DNA of 56,817 bases from Mycobacterium sp. (GTDB taxonomy: Bacteria; Actinomycetota; Actinomycetes; Mycobacteriales; Mycobacteriaceae). The translations under genes were made by a program, and so were the position numbers. Below, one piece after another: positions 41,612 through 51,082 of the stretch; positions within the stretch are counted from its first letter, which is position 1; the number at the start of each line of letters is the position of its first letter. The notes under the pieces are model-generated. The model saw only the letters and a program-made list of their open reading frames with translations, had not been told where the DNA came from and did no database searches. The DNA is taken from positions 1-56,817 of the forward strand of contig JBAUJB010000077.1 in assembly GCA_049683355.1 (NCBI GenBank). Direction: 5' to 3'.

Positions 41612-42457
41612 CTAGGAACCCTCCGTCTGTTCACTGGTCTGCCCGCGGGCTGCTTCGGCGCCGGCGGCGGCCGTTCCCAGGTAGACCTCTTGGACCCTCG
41701 GGTTGGCCTGAACCTCGGCGACGGACCCTTCGGCGATGACCTCGCCCCGCGCCAGAACGGTCACCGAGGTGGCGAACGCCCGCATGAAGTCCATGTCATG
41801 CTCGACGACCACAACGGTGCGTTCAGCACCGATGCGGCGCAACAGGTTGCCCGTCTCCTCCCGCTCTTCGTGGCTCATGCCGGCGACGGGCTCGTCGAGC
41901 AGCAGCACGTCGGCGTTCTGCACCAGCAGCATGCCGATTTCCAGCCACTGTTTCTGGCCGTGGGCCAGCACGCCTGCGGGTTTGTCGGCCAGCGCGCTGA
42001 GCCCGGTCGTGTCCAAGGCCTGCTCGATCACGGGCAACACGCCGTGGCGCCGCCGCAGCAGCGTCCACGGTGACCGGCCGGCGCCGGCGGCGATGTCGAG
42101 ATTCTGGAGCACGGTCAGTTGCTCGAACACGCTCGCGGTCTGGAATGTGCGGCCCACACCGCGACGCGCGATCTGATGAACCTTCTTGCCCAGCAGTTCC
42201 ACCCCGGACTTGCTGACCGAACCGGAGGCGCTCACCAGCCCGGTGATGGCGTCGATCACCGTGGTCTTGCCGGCTCCGTTGGGTCCGATCAGGAACCGCA
42301 GGTCGCCTTGGAAAAGCGTGAGGTCGACGTTGCTGACCGCTTTGAATCCGTCGAAATCGACTGTCAGACCGCGTACTTCGAGGTACTGGGTGCCCATGCC
42401 GACATTGCCGCCGACTTTCGGTCCGCGTTCGGATGAGATGGCCTCGGCTTCGGTCAT
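41612..42457 (-). CDS. urtD: Urea ABC transporter ATP-binding subunit
   Basis: V.FDGFKA, IGPNGAGKTT, HGQKQWLEIGMLL, LDEPVAGM, EHDM; start set at ATG 42457. Confidence 0.93.
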   Translation of the reverse strand: MTEAEAISSERGPKVGGNVGMGTQYLEVRGLTVDFDGFKAVSNVDLTLFQGDLRFLIGPNGAGKTTVIDAITGLVSASGSVSKSGVELLGKKVHQIARRGVGRTFQTASVFEQLTVLQNLDIAAGAGRSPWTLLRRRHGVLPVIEQALDTTGLSALADKPAGVLAHGQKQWLEIGMLLVQNADVLLLDEPVAGMSHEEREETGNLLRRIGAERTVVVVEHDMDFMRAFATSVTVLARGEVIAEGSVAEVQANPRVQEVYLGTAAAGAEAARGQTSEQTEGS

Positions 42458-43560
42458 GGGGCGGCTCCCACCTTTTCTGCGTCGGGTTCTTTCTCGGGTT
42501 CGGTGGCCACGCTGTCCTTGGCCTTGCGTCGGCGTCTGAACAGCACCGCCAGGCCCGCGAAACCAGCGGGGAAGAACCCGACGACGACGATGAACAGCAG
42601 GCCCTGCGCGTAGGTCCACTCCGACGGAAACCTTTCGGAGAACAGGGTTTGCGCCCAAGCCACCCCGATGGCTCCCAGCACCGGGCCCAGCAGCGTGGTG
42701 CGTCCGCCGATGGCGACCCCGATGAGGAACGCGATGGAGGGCAGGATGCCGACCTGCGACGGGGCGATGAAGCCGACGATCGGCGCGAACAGGGCACCGG
42801 CGATACTGGCGAACAGTGCGGCGACGGTGTAGGCCACCACCTTGATGTTGGCCGGGTCGTATCCCAGGAACCGCACTCGTTCCTCGCCGTCGCGCACCGC
42901 GACGAGCAGCTCGCCGTAGCGGCTCTGCATCAGCTGGCGCACCACGGCCACCACGATCAGCAGGACCGCGGCTGCGATGAAGTACAGCATCCGCCGGTTC
43001 GCCGGGTCGCTGAGTGTGAAGCCGAAGAAGGTCCGGAACCGGTTGAGGCCGTTGCTTCCTCCGAGGCTGGTCTGGCCGACCAGCAGGATGGCCAGCGCCG
43101 CAGCCAGCGCCTGCGACAGGATCGCGAAGTAGGCGCCCTTGACCCGGCGTTTGAACACGCCGAACCCCAGTGCCGCGGCGATCGCCGCCGGAACCACCAC
43201 GATGGCGAGCAGGGTGAACGCCGGAGAGGCGAAAGGCGCCCAGTAGCCGGGGAGTTCGCGTACGCCGGCGATCTGCATGAAGTCGGGCACATCGTTGCCG
43301 AACACCTGCGCGTCGGCGATCTTGAGGTGCATGCCCATCATGTAGCCGCCGAGGCCGAAGAAGACGCCCTGGCCCAGAACCAGCATGCCGCCCCGGCCCC
43401 ATGCCAGGCCGATGCCGACCGCGACGATCGCGAAGCACAGGAACTTGCCCAGCAGGCTGAGCCGGAATTCGGAGAACACCACCGGTGCCACCCCAAACAG
43501 CAGTACCGCGGCGATCCCGAAGCCCGCCCAGGTCTGCCAGCGTCCGATGAGGGTCCTCAC
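42454..43560 (-). CDS. urtC: Urea ABC transporter permease
   Basis: LGKFLCFAIVAVG..LAWG.GGML.LGQG.FFGLGGY, VPDFM, VKGAYFAILSQA. Confidence 0.93.
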   Translation of the reverse strand: MRTLIGRWQTWAGFGIAAVLLFGVAPVVFSEFRLSLLGKFLCFAIVAVGIGLAWGRGGMLVLGQGVFFGLGGYMMGMHLKIADAQVFGNDVPDFMQIAGVRELPGYWAPFASPAFTLLAIVVVPAAIAAALGFGVFKRRVKGAYFAILSQALAAALAILLVGQTSLGGSNGLNRFRTFFGFTLSDPANRRMLYFIAAAVLLIVVAVVRQLMQSRYGELLVAVRDGEERVRFLGYDPANIKVVAYTVAALFASIAGALFAPIVGFIAPSQVGILPSIAFLIGVAIGGRTTLLGPVLGAIGVAWAQTLFSERFPSEWTYAQGLLFIVVVGFFPAGFAGLAVLFRRRRKAKDSVATEPEKEPDAEKVGAAP

Positions 43561-44441
43561 ACCAGACTCCTTGTCCTGACGGTGAACAGGCCCTGCGGGC
43601 GGGCCTGCAGGAAGATCACGATGATCACGAAGACGATGACCTTGGCCAGCGATGCCGTGGTGTTGAACTCGATGAACGAGTTCAGGAAGCCCAGCGTGAA
43701 GGCCGCGATCACGGTGCCCTTGATCTGGCCCAGACCGCCTACGACAACCACCAGGAACGCGTCGATCAAGTAGCTCTGACCGATCGTCGGGCTGGTGGAG
43801 CCGATCAGCGTCAGCGCCACACCTGCCACAGCGGCCAGCCCGGATCCGATGAAGAACGTCGTGATGTCCGTCTTGCGCGACGAGATGCCGCTGGTTTCAG
43901 CAAGATCGCGGTTCTGCACGACGGCGCGGATCCGCCGCCCCATCGGGCTGGTCTTGAGCACGGTGGCCAGCACCGCGACACAGACGACGGCGAGCACCAG
44001 GATGAAGATGCGGGTCTTGGGCACGACGGCGCCGAGGATGTCCACGCCGCCCGACAGCCATTCCGGGGCGACCACATTGACTGCGGGTGCTCCGAAGATG
44101 TCACGCGCCACCTGCTGCAGGACCAGCCCGACGCCGAAGGTCACCAGCAAGGTGTCCAGGGGACGGGCGTACATCCGCTGGATCAGTGTGACCTCCAGGA
44201 GCGCGCCCATCGCGCCGCCGATGAAGAAGCCGAGGACCAGCGAGATCAGCAGCGAGGCACCGGCACTCGACACCACCTGCTGTATCACGTACGCGGTGTA
44301 GCAGCCGGCCATGATGAACTCGCCGTGCGCCATGTTGATGACGCCCATCTGGCCGAACGTCAGCGACAACCCCAGTGCGGCCAGCAACAGGATCGAGCCG
44401 AGGCTCAATCCTGTTGCCAGCTGCCCGATCAGGACATCCAT
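43557..44441 (-). CDS. urtB: Urea ABC transporter permease
   Basis: GLSLGSILLLAALGL..TFGQMGVINMAHGEF, RPLDTLL.TFG, FLVVVVGG. Confidence 0.93.
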   Translation of the reverse strand: MDVLIGQLATGLSLGSILLLAALGLSLTFGQMGVINMAHGEFIMAGCYTAYVIQQVVSSAGASLLISLVLGFFIGGAMGALLEVTLIQRMYARPLDTLLVTFGVGLVLQQVARDIFGAPAVNVVAPEWLSGGVDILGAVVPKTRIFILVLAVVCVAVLATVLKTSPMGRRIRAVVQNRDLAETSGISSRKTDITTFFIGSGLAAVAGVALTLIGSTSPTIGQSYLIDAFLVVVVGGLGQIKGTVIAAFTLGFLNSFIEFNTTASLAKVIVFVIIVIFLQARPQGLFTVRTRSLV

Positions 44442-44442
44442 A

Positions 44443-45708
44443 TCAGCCGGAGAGGCCGGCGGCCCACGGGTAGGACTCCAGGAACGGATCCGGCTCGATC
44501 GGGCCGGGGGACTCCCAGATCGTGTAGATCAGGCCGTCGGGGCGGATCTCCCCGATGCGGGCGGTCTTGGTGATGTGGTTGTTCTCGCCGTCGATCGTGA
44601 CCAGGCCCTCCGGCGCGTCGAACGTGACCCCGCCTGCGTTTTCCTGCACTGCCGCGACGTCGAACGACTGTGCCTTCTCGACTGTGTTCTTCCACAGGTA
44701 GACCGACACGTAGGCGGCCTCCATCGGATCCGAGGTCGGCTTGTCGGCGCCGAACTTGGCCTTGTAGGCCGCGACGAACTCGTTGTTCACCGGTGTGTCG
44801 ATGGTCTGGTAGTAGTCCCACGCCGTCAGCTGACCCTCGATGTTCTGCACACCGATGCCGCCGACCTCTTCCTCGGCGATGGACACCGACACCACCGGCA
44901 TGTCCTGCGGGGTCAGACCGACGTTGCGGTACTCCCGGAAGAACGCCACGTTGGAGTCGCCGTTGAGGGTGTTGAACACCGCGTCGGCGTCGGCGCTGCG
45001 GACCTTGTTGACGATCGTGGAGAAGTCGGTCGAGCCCAGGGGGGTGTAGTCCTCGCCCTTGATCTCCATGCCGTTGGCCTCGGCGTATGCCTTGATGATC
45101 CGGTTGGCGGTCTGCGGGAAGACGTAGTCGCTACCGACCAGGTACAGCGACTGGACGCCCTGCTCCTTGAGGTAGTCCAGAGCCGGCACGATCTGTTGGT
45201 TGGTGGTCGCACCGGTGTAGAAGATGTTGGGGGAGGACTCCAGGCCCTCGTACTGCACGGGGTAGTAGAGAAGTGAGTTGGCGCTCTCGAACACCGGCAG
45301 CATCGCCTTGCGGCTGGACGACGTCCAGCCCCCGAACACGGCGGCCACGCAGTCGCTGCTGATCAGCTTCTCGGCCTTCTCGGCGAACACCGTCGGCTCG
45401 GACGCGCCGTCCTCGGCGACCACCTGAATCTGCTTGCCCATCACCCCGCCGTCGGCGTTGATCTGCTCGACCGCCAGATCGATGGCGTTGCGGACGGTCA
45501 CCTCGGAGATCGCCATGGTGCCCGACAGCGAGTTCAGCGCGCCCACCTTGATGGTGTCACCGGAGGTGTCCACACAGGATTCCGCATTTGCTGAATCGGT
45601 TTCACTTGCCCTGCTGCCGCAGCCTGCCAACAGCAGGCTGGCTACCGCTACGACACTTCCTGCAGTGAGTGCGGATCGTCTGAAGGAAGTGCGTCGGGGG
45701 TTTTCCAT
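44443..45708 (-). CDS. urtA: Urea ABC transporter substrate-binding lipoprotein
   Basis: Lipobox LAGC; SLSGTMAISE, FGGWTSSSRKA, YPVQYEGLE, GSDYVFP, NTLNGDSNVAFF. Confidence 0.95.
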   Translation of the reverse strand: MENPRRTSFRRSALTAGSVVAVASLLLAGCGSRASETDSANAESCVDTSGDTIKVGALNSLSGTMAISEVTVRNAIDLAVEQINADGGVMGKQIQVVAEDGASEPTVFAEKAEKLISSDCVAAVFGGWTSSSRKAMLPVFESANSLLYYPVQYEGLESSPNIFYTGATTNQQIVPALDYLKEQGVQSLYLVGSDYVFPQTANRIIKAYAEANGMEIKGEDYTPLGSTDFSTIVNKVRSADADAVFNTLNGDSNVAFFREYRNVGLTPQDMPVVSVSIAEEEVGGIGVQNIEGQLTAWDYYQTIDTPVNNEFVAAYKAKFGADKPTSDPMEAAYVSVYLWKNTVEKAQSFDVAAVQENAGGVTFDAPEGLVTIDGENNHITKTARIGEIRPDGLIYTIWESPGPIEPDPFLESYPWAAGLSG

Positions 45709-45838
45709 GAACGGCCTTTCTTGCTGTCGACAGCGCTCATTCGCTGATGAGGCGTCGAGTCGGAGTAGCTTCGGGACACAATGCGCGCCGAAGCGACCAC
45801 ACCGAGCGGGTGTCGAATCGGGACGTTAGAACGCCTGT

Positions 45839-45854
45839 GTTTCTGAGAAATGTC
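45839..45854 (-). promoter_or_regulatory. GlnR box candidate upstream of urtA
   Basis: GACAT-N6-GAAAC on the minus strand (fits AC/T-N9-AC), near a TAACGT -10-like hexamer at 45823-45828. Confidence 0.45.
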
Positions 45855-45975
45855 TGTGTGTGACGAACAAATTAACGTGCGGACAATCCGGCAATTGGTT
45901 TGCCGTTAACCCAGCCCGGCGTCGGAGGACTGTCCTGTGCGTAACGATCCGGTACCGTCCGGCGATGTGACCATC

Positions 45976-46407
45976 ATGCGAACAGCCACAGCCAAAGTAG
46001 GCGCGGCGCTCGGGGTGTCACTGGTGGCGGCGGCCGCATCCATTGCGGTCGGCCCGGTGACGGCGAGTGCTCAGCCCGAGGGTCAGCAGGTCCGGTACAC
46101 GCTCACGTCGGCGGGCGGCTACGAGTTCGACCTGTTCTATCTGACGTCTCAACCGCCGAGCATGGAGGCCTTCAACGCCGACGCCTACGCGTTCGCCAAG
46201 CGTGAGAAGGTCAACCTGGCCCCCGGGGTGCCGTGGGTGTTCGAGACCACGATGGCGGATCCGCAGTGGGCGATACTGACCGTGAGCAGCACCACCCGCG
46301 GTGGACAGGCCGCGCCGAACGCGCACTGCGACATCGCGGTCGACGGTCAGGTGCTCGTCGCGCACGACGACCCCTACAACGTGCGGTGCCAGCTGTCGAA
46401 GTGGTAG
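45976..46407 (+). CDS. Secreted hypothetical protein (small mycobacterial family with a C-terminal Cys pair)
   Basis: Signal peptide ending ASA-QP; QVRYTLT, PWVFETT..DPQWA, HCDIAVDG...C. Confidence 0.75.
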   Translation: MRTATAKVGAALGVSLVAAAASIAVGPVTASAQPEGQQVRYTLTSAGGYEFDLFYLTSQPPSMEAFNADAYAFAKREKVNLAPGVPWVFETTMADPQWAILTVSSTTRGGQAAPNAHCDIAVDGQVLVAHDDPYNVRCQLSKW

Positions 46408-46415
46408 CCCTGCGG

Positions 46416-48608
46416 CTACCGCGCAGTCAGCCCTGACAGGGCCGGCGGCAGCGGGTCCCGGTGGAGCACTCCCAGACGTTGGGTGGCCCGGGTGAGTGCG
46501 ACATACAACTGGGCCGCGCCGCGTGGTCCGTCGGCGAGGATCCGTTCCGGCTCCACCACCAACACGGCGTCGAACTCCAGGCCTTTGGCCTCCGCGGGGG
46601 TGACGGTGCCCGGTACGCCGGGTGGCCCGATCACGATGCTGGTGCCCTCCCGTGCTGCTTCTTCGGCGGTGAACTCGTCGATGGCAGTGGCGAGTTCGCT
46701 CTCGTCGACCTGACGCGACCATGGCTGGACGCCTGTTGCCCGAACCGAGTCCGGCGGCCTGACCCCCGGTGCGAACTCGGCGAGAACCGCGGCGGCGACG
46801 TTCATGATCTCCGCGGGGGTGCGGTAGTTCGTCGACAGCGGCCGGTAGATCCAACGGCCGGGCACGTAGGGCTCGAGGATGGTGTCCCATGACGTGGCGC
46901 CTGCGGCCGAGCGGCGTTGGGCCAGATCGCCCACCACGGTGAAAGACCTACTCGGGCAGCGCCGCATCAGCACCCGCCAGTCCATCTCGGAGAGTTCCTG
47001 GGCTTCGTCGACCACGACGTGCCGGTAGGTCCAGTCCCGATCCGCGGCGGCCCGCTCGTCGAGTTCACGGTTGTCGCGCTCGGTGAAGCGGTCGGCGAGG
47101 TCCTCGGCGTAGAGCATGTCGGTGGCCAGCAACTGGTCCTCGTCCTCCATCAGATCTTCCCGGCTGACCATGAGCTCCAGCACGCCTTCGGCGAACTCGG
47201 CCTCGGCGCGGCGTTCCCGCTCGGCCGCCTGATCGGCGGTCTTGTCGCGACCCAGCAGGTCCACCAGTTCATCGAGCAGTGGCACGTCCGAGATCGTCCA
47301 GCGCTCGCCCTCCGCGCGAAACAGCGCGGGGTCGGCGCCGGCGGCCCGTAGCCGCTCGTGCGACGAGTAGAGCTCGCCCAGAAGGGTTTCCGGCGTCAGC
47401 GTCGGCCAGAGTTGGTCGAGCGCCGCCGCGAACCCGGCGTGGTCGCCGAGCTCGTCGACCAGTTCCGCCCGCAGATGTTCCCAAGCGGCGCGGTCCTCAC
47501 GGGTCAGCCACCCCCGGCCGATCTTGGCGATCGCCCGTTCGGTGAGCACCCACGTGATGACATCGGTGAAGACCGCGCGGGCGTCGTTGTGGGGCTGCTT
47601 GCTCGCGCGGGCCTCCTGGATGGCCCACTCGGCGGTCTCGGCGTCGATACGCACCGAGGTGTCGGTCAGTTCGATCGGAAGAGGGTTCTCGGGAACCCGT
47701 TGCCGGTCGGCGATCGCCGCGTCGAGCACGTCGAGCATCGTGCGCGAACCCTTGAGCCGCGCGGCCTCGGGCGGATCCTCGGCCGATACGCGCAGCCCGG
47801 GCACCAGGTCGCCGACGGTCATGAACACCACATTGGATTCGCCCAGCGACGGCAGGACCCGACCGACGTGGTTCAGGAAGGCCGGGTTGGGTCCGATGAC
47901 GAGTACGCCGTGGTGCTCGATCCGCTGGCGCTGGGTGTAGAGCAGGTACGCCACCCGGTGCAGCGCGACGACGGTCTTGCCGGTCCCGGGGCCGCCTTCG
48001 ATCACCAGCACACCCTGATGGTCGAGGCGGATGATCTCGTCCTGCTCGGCCTGGATCGTCGCGACGATGTCGCGCATCCCGTCCCCGCGGGGCGCGTTGA
48101 CGGCGGCGAGCAGTGCGGCGTCGCCCGAGCCGCCGCGTTCGCCGTCACTGGGACGGCCGAGGGTCTCGTCGGTGTAGTCGAGGACCAGCCGCCCTCGGGT
48201 GTGGAACTGCCTGCGGCGGCGCATGTTCTCCGGGGAGGCGCCGGTGGCGACGTAGAACGCGCGGGCCGCCGGCGCCCGCCAGTCCAGCAGCAGGGTGTCG
48301 TAGTCGTTCTCCTCGTCGAGGAGGCCGATCCGGCCGATGTACATTCGTTCCCCCGAAAGGCTGTCCAACCGGCCGAAGCACAGCCCGCTGTCGGCCACAT
48401 CCAGCCGGGCCAGCTGTCTGGCCAGCGCGCGGACCTCGGCATCGCGTTCCACCAGCGTCTGCCCACTGCCGCGCAGCACCGACTTGTAGCGGTGCCCCAC
48501 CCGCGCGCGCTCGGCGTCGAGCTTCTCGTAGAGTCCGGCGATGTAGCCCTTCTCGGACTCCAGTTCGGCGGCGTGGTCCTGAAGATCTGTGTGTTCCTGA
48601 GTCGACAT
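46416..48608 (-). CDS. helR: RNA polymerase recycling motor ATPase HelR/HelD
   Basis: GLCFGRLD, YIGRIG, LLLDWRAP, MRDIVATIQAEQD, Walker A GGPGTGKT, acidic loop DLMEDED, VVDEAQELS, GDLAQ, NYRTP, KGLEFD, LYVALTRA. Confidence 0.92.
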   Translation of the reverse strand: MSTQEHTDLQDHAAELESEKGYIAGLYEKLDAERARVGHRYKSVLRGSGQTLVERDAEVRALARQLARLDVADSGLCFGRLDSLSGERMYIGRIGLLDEENDYDTLLLDWRAPAARAFYVATGASPENMRRRRQFHTRGRLVLDYTDETLGRPSDGERGGSGDAALLAAVNAPRGDGMRDIVATIQAEQDEIIRLDHQGVLVIEGGPGTGKTVVALHRVAYLLYTQRQRIEHHGVLVIGPNPAFLNHVGRVLPSLGESNVVFMTVGDLVPGLRVSAEDPPEAARLKGSRTMLDVLDAAIADRQRVPENPLPIELTDTSVRIDAETAEWAIQEARASKQPHNDARAVFTDVITWVLTERAIAKIGRGWLTREDRAAWEHLRAELVDELGDHAGFAAALDQLWPTLTPETLLGELYSSHERLRAAGADPALFRAEGERWTISDVPLLDELVDLLGRDKTADQAAERERRAEAEFAEGVLELMVSREDLMEDEDQLLATDMLYAEDLADRFTERDNRELDERAAADRDWTYRHVVVDEAQELSEMDWRVLMRRCPSRSFTVVGDLAQRRSAAGATSWDTILEPYVPGRWIYRPLSTNYRTPAEIMNVAAAVLAEFAPGVRPPDSVRATGVQPWSRQVDESELATAIDEFTAEEAAREGTSIVIGPPGVPGTVTPAEAKGLEFDAVLVVEPERILADGPRGAAQLYVALTRATQRLGVLHRDPLPPALSGLTAR

Positions 48609-48673
48609 GTGCCCCTCAACCTACGGAAGGCGCGAGTGCTCCTTCTCCTACGACCATCCTCCTTGACGCGGGA

Positions 48674-48689
48674 TCGAACGTATGTTCGC
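48674..48689. promoter_or_regulatory. LexA SOS box between divergent helR and Rv2578c-like genes
   Basis: TCGAAC-GTAT-GTTCGC, 11/12 match to TCGAAC-N4-GTTCGA. Confidence 0.88.
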
Positions 48690-48696
48690 ATAGAGT

Positions 48697-49713
48697 ATGC
48701 GATGGGATCGTCAGGGCGTCAGCGTGGACGACGGCGCACTGCCAGGACTGCAGCGCATCGGCTTCGTCCGCAGCGTACGCACCCCTCAGTTCGAGAACAT
48801 CACCTTCCACGAGGTGTTGTGCAAGTCGGCGTTGAACAAGGTCCCGGGAACGGCTGACCACCTGCCCTTCCAGTACACCGTCAACGGGTACCGCGGTTGC
48901 TCACATGCGTGCCGGTACTGCTTCGCCCGGCCCACCCACGAATACCTGGAGTTCGACTGCGGCCGCGACTTCGACACCCAGGTGGTGGTGAAGACCAACG
49001 TCGCAGAGGTGCTACGCCGCGAGCTCCATCGACCGTCGTGGGGGAGGGAAACGGTGGCGCTGGGGACGAATACGGACCCCTACCAGCGGGCCGAGGGCCG
49101 CTACGCGTTGATGCCGGGGATCATCGCTGCGCTCGCCGACTCCGGCACACCGTTCTCGATCTTGACCAAGGGCACGTTGCTGCGCCGAGACCTGCCGCTG
49201 CTGACCGAGGCGGCCCGCCGGGTGCGCGTCGGCGTGGCGGTGTCGCTGGCCGTGGGTGATCCGGAATTGCACAGCCGGGTCGAGCCGGGCACCCCGTCTC
49301 CCCAGGCGCGCCTCGGGCTGATCTCGACGGTGCGCGCGGCAGGGCTCGACTGTCACGTCATGGTGGCGCCGGTGCTGCCCGGTCTGACCGATTCGACCGA
49401 ACACCTCGATGACCTGCTCGGCCGGATCGCGGCGGCCGGCGCCACCAGCGCGACGGTGTTCGGACTGCATCTGCGGGGGTCGACCCGCGGGTGGTTCATG
49501 GACTGGTTGGGGCAGGCCTACCCCGAATTGGTCGGCGAGTACCGCCGGTTGTATCGGCGCGGCGCCTACCTGCCGCCGGAGTATCGCCACGAGCTCGGCA
49601 GCCGGGTCTCCCCGCTGCTCACCAAGCATCGGTTGGCGCGCGGCCCGCAGCGCAGCGCACCGGTACGGGCAGTGCCCGCACCGGTGGTGGCTGCACAGCA
49701 GACGTTGTTCTGA
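48697..49713 (+). CDS. Rv2578c family radical SAM protein (SplB-like, DNA-damage inducible)
   Basis: NGYRGCSHACRYCFAR (CxxxCxxC), LGTNTDPYQRAEG, SILTKG; SOS box upstream. Confidence 0.93.
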   Translation: MRWDRQGVSVDDGALPGLQRIGFVRSVRTPQFENITFHEVLCKSALNKVPGTADHLPFQYTVNGYRGCSHACRYCFARPTHEYLEFDCGRDFDTQVVVKTNVAEVLRRELHRPSWGRETVALGTNTDPYQRAEGRYALMPGIIAALADSGTPFSILTKGTLLRRDLPLLTEAARRVRVGVAVSLAVGDPELHSRVEPGTPSPQARLGLISTVRAAGLDCHVMVAPVLPGLTDSTEHLDDLLGRIAAAGATSATVFGLHLRGSTRGWFMDWLGQAYPELVGEYRRLYRRGAYLPPEYRHELGSRVSPLLTKHRLARGPQRSAPVRAVPAPVVAAQQTLF

Positions 49714-49747
49714 CGGCCCTGCCGGGCCGTTGGATGCGTGCCGGTGA

Positions 49748-50659
49748 TCAGGTCGCGGCGGCGACGCTGAACGGTTGCTCGGTTCGGGCGGCGAGATATT
49801 CCGGGCGGGGGCTGTCCGCCCGGAACGGGGCGCACAGCCGGTTCTCCACCGAGTTGAACACCAGGAAGATGTTGGAACGCGGGAACGGCGTGATGTTGGA
49901 CGCCGACCCGTGCATCATGTTCGAGTCGAACCACAGGGCGTTGCCTGCGGGGCCGGTCACCTGGTCGATCCCGTACTGGTCGGCGGCTGCGGTCAACGTC
50001 GCCCGATCGGGCACCCCGATCTCCTGCTTGACCAGCGACGCCCGGTGGTGGTTCTGGGGCGTCTCACCGACACACGGGTAGAACGTCTTGTGCGATCCCG
50101 GCATGACCATCAGAGCCCCGTTGTAGGTCAAGTTCTCGGTCAGCGCGATGGAGCAGGACACCGCACGCATCAGCGGCATGCCGTCTTCTGCGTGCCAGGT
50201 CTCGAAGTCGGAGTGCCAGTAGAAGCCGCCGCCGGTGAATCCGGGCATCAGGTTGATCCGTGCCTGGTGCAGGTAGACGTCGCTGCCCAGTATTTGGCGC
50301 GCAACGGGCAGCACGGTGTCGAGCGTGACCACTTCGGCGATCAGGTCGCTGAGCAGATGCGGCTGGAAGACCGAACGGATGCCGCCGGAGGTCTCGCGGA
50401 TGATCCGCGGGTCGCTGTCGTCGGCGCGTTCCCCGATCTGCTGGAGTTCGTCACGAACCGGCGGTAGCCAGTTGTCCTCGACGGTCCGGGGTCGCACCAG
50501 GTACCCGTTGGCGGTCATCGAAGTCAGGTCCGCATCGGTGAGCGGCCCGTCGGACTCCTGGCCCCACACCGTCGGCTCGCGTCGTGCGATCGGCTCGACG
50601 GCATGCGGCAGCCGGGTGGGGTAGTGGTCGTGGCAGCGGTCGGTGCCGTCGGCGCTCAT
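49748..50659 (-). CDS. ectD: Ectoine hydroxylase
   Basis: Signature FYWHSDFETWHAEDGMP; MHGSASNITPFPRSN. Confidence 0.96.
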   Translation of the reverse strand: MSADGTDRCHDHYPTRLPHAVEPIARREPTVWGQESDGPLTDADLTSMTANGYLVRPRTVEDNWLPPVRDELQQIGERADDSDPRIIRETSGGIRSVFQPHLLSDLIAEVVTLDTVLPVARQILGSDVYLHQARINLMPGFTGGGFYWHSDFETWHAEDGMPLMRAVSCSIALTENLTYNGALMVMPGSHKTFYPCVGETPQNHHRASLVKQEIGVPDRATLTAAADQYGIDQVTGPAGNALWFDSNMMHGSASNITPFPRSNIFLVFNSVENRLCAPFRADSPRPEYLAARTEQPFSVAAAT

Positions 50660-51048
50660 CGGATCGCCGCCGCGGGTGGGTAGGCTCCGCTCTCGTCATG
50701 CACCTCCTGCCCTGTGACGGGCGGATTGAACACGCACAGCATGCGCAACTGGGTGTGGCAGCTGACGCGGTGCCGCTCGTGGCCGTTGAGCAGGTACATG
50801 GATCCGGGAGCCAGCGGATGCTCCTCGCCGGTCTCGTGGTTGGTGAGGGTGCCGGTGCCCTCGACCACCCACACGGCCTCGACGTGATGCTGGTAGTGGA
50901 ACTCACTCACCGAGCCGGGCTCGATGGTGGTCTCGTGGAACGAGAATCCGACGCCGTCGTCGGCGAGGATGATCCGTTTCGACCGCCAGTGCTTGGCCGA
51001 CACGTCACGTTCGGTGCCGGTTATGTCGGCGGTGGTACGCACGATCAA
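50656..51048 (-). CDS. ectC: L-ectoine synthase
   Basis: MIVR, W.SKR..LA.DGVGFSFHET, Y.HHVEAV, Y.L.GHERH, CVFNPPVTG.EVHD. Confidence 0.96.
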   Translation of the reverse strand: MIVRTTADITGTERDVSAKHWRSKRIILADDGVGFSFHETTIEPGSVSEFHYQHHVEAVWVVEGTGTLTNHETGEEHPLAPGSMYLLNGHERHRVSCHTQLRMLCVFNPPVTGQEVHDESGAYPPAAAIR

Positions 51049-51082
51049 AGTCGCGTCTCCTTTCGGTCAGGTAGAGGGTGGG

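Noticed and set aside
29964..48608. Prophage, ICE or IS origin for the accessory block
   Set aside because: No integrase, transposase, phage gene, tRNA target or direct-repeat att sites were seen.
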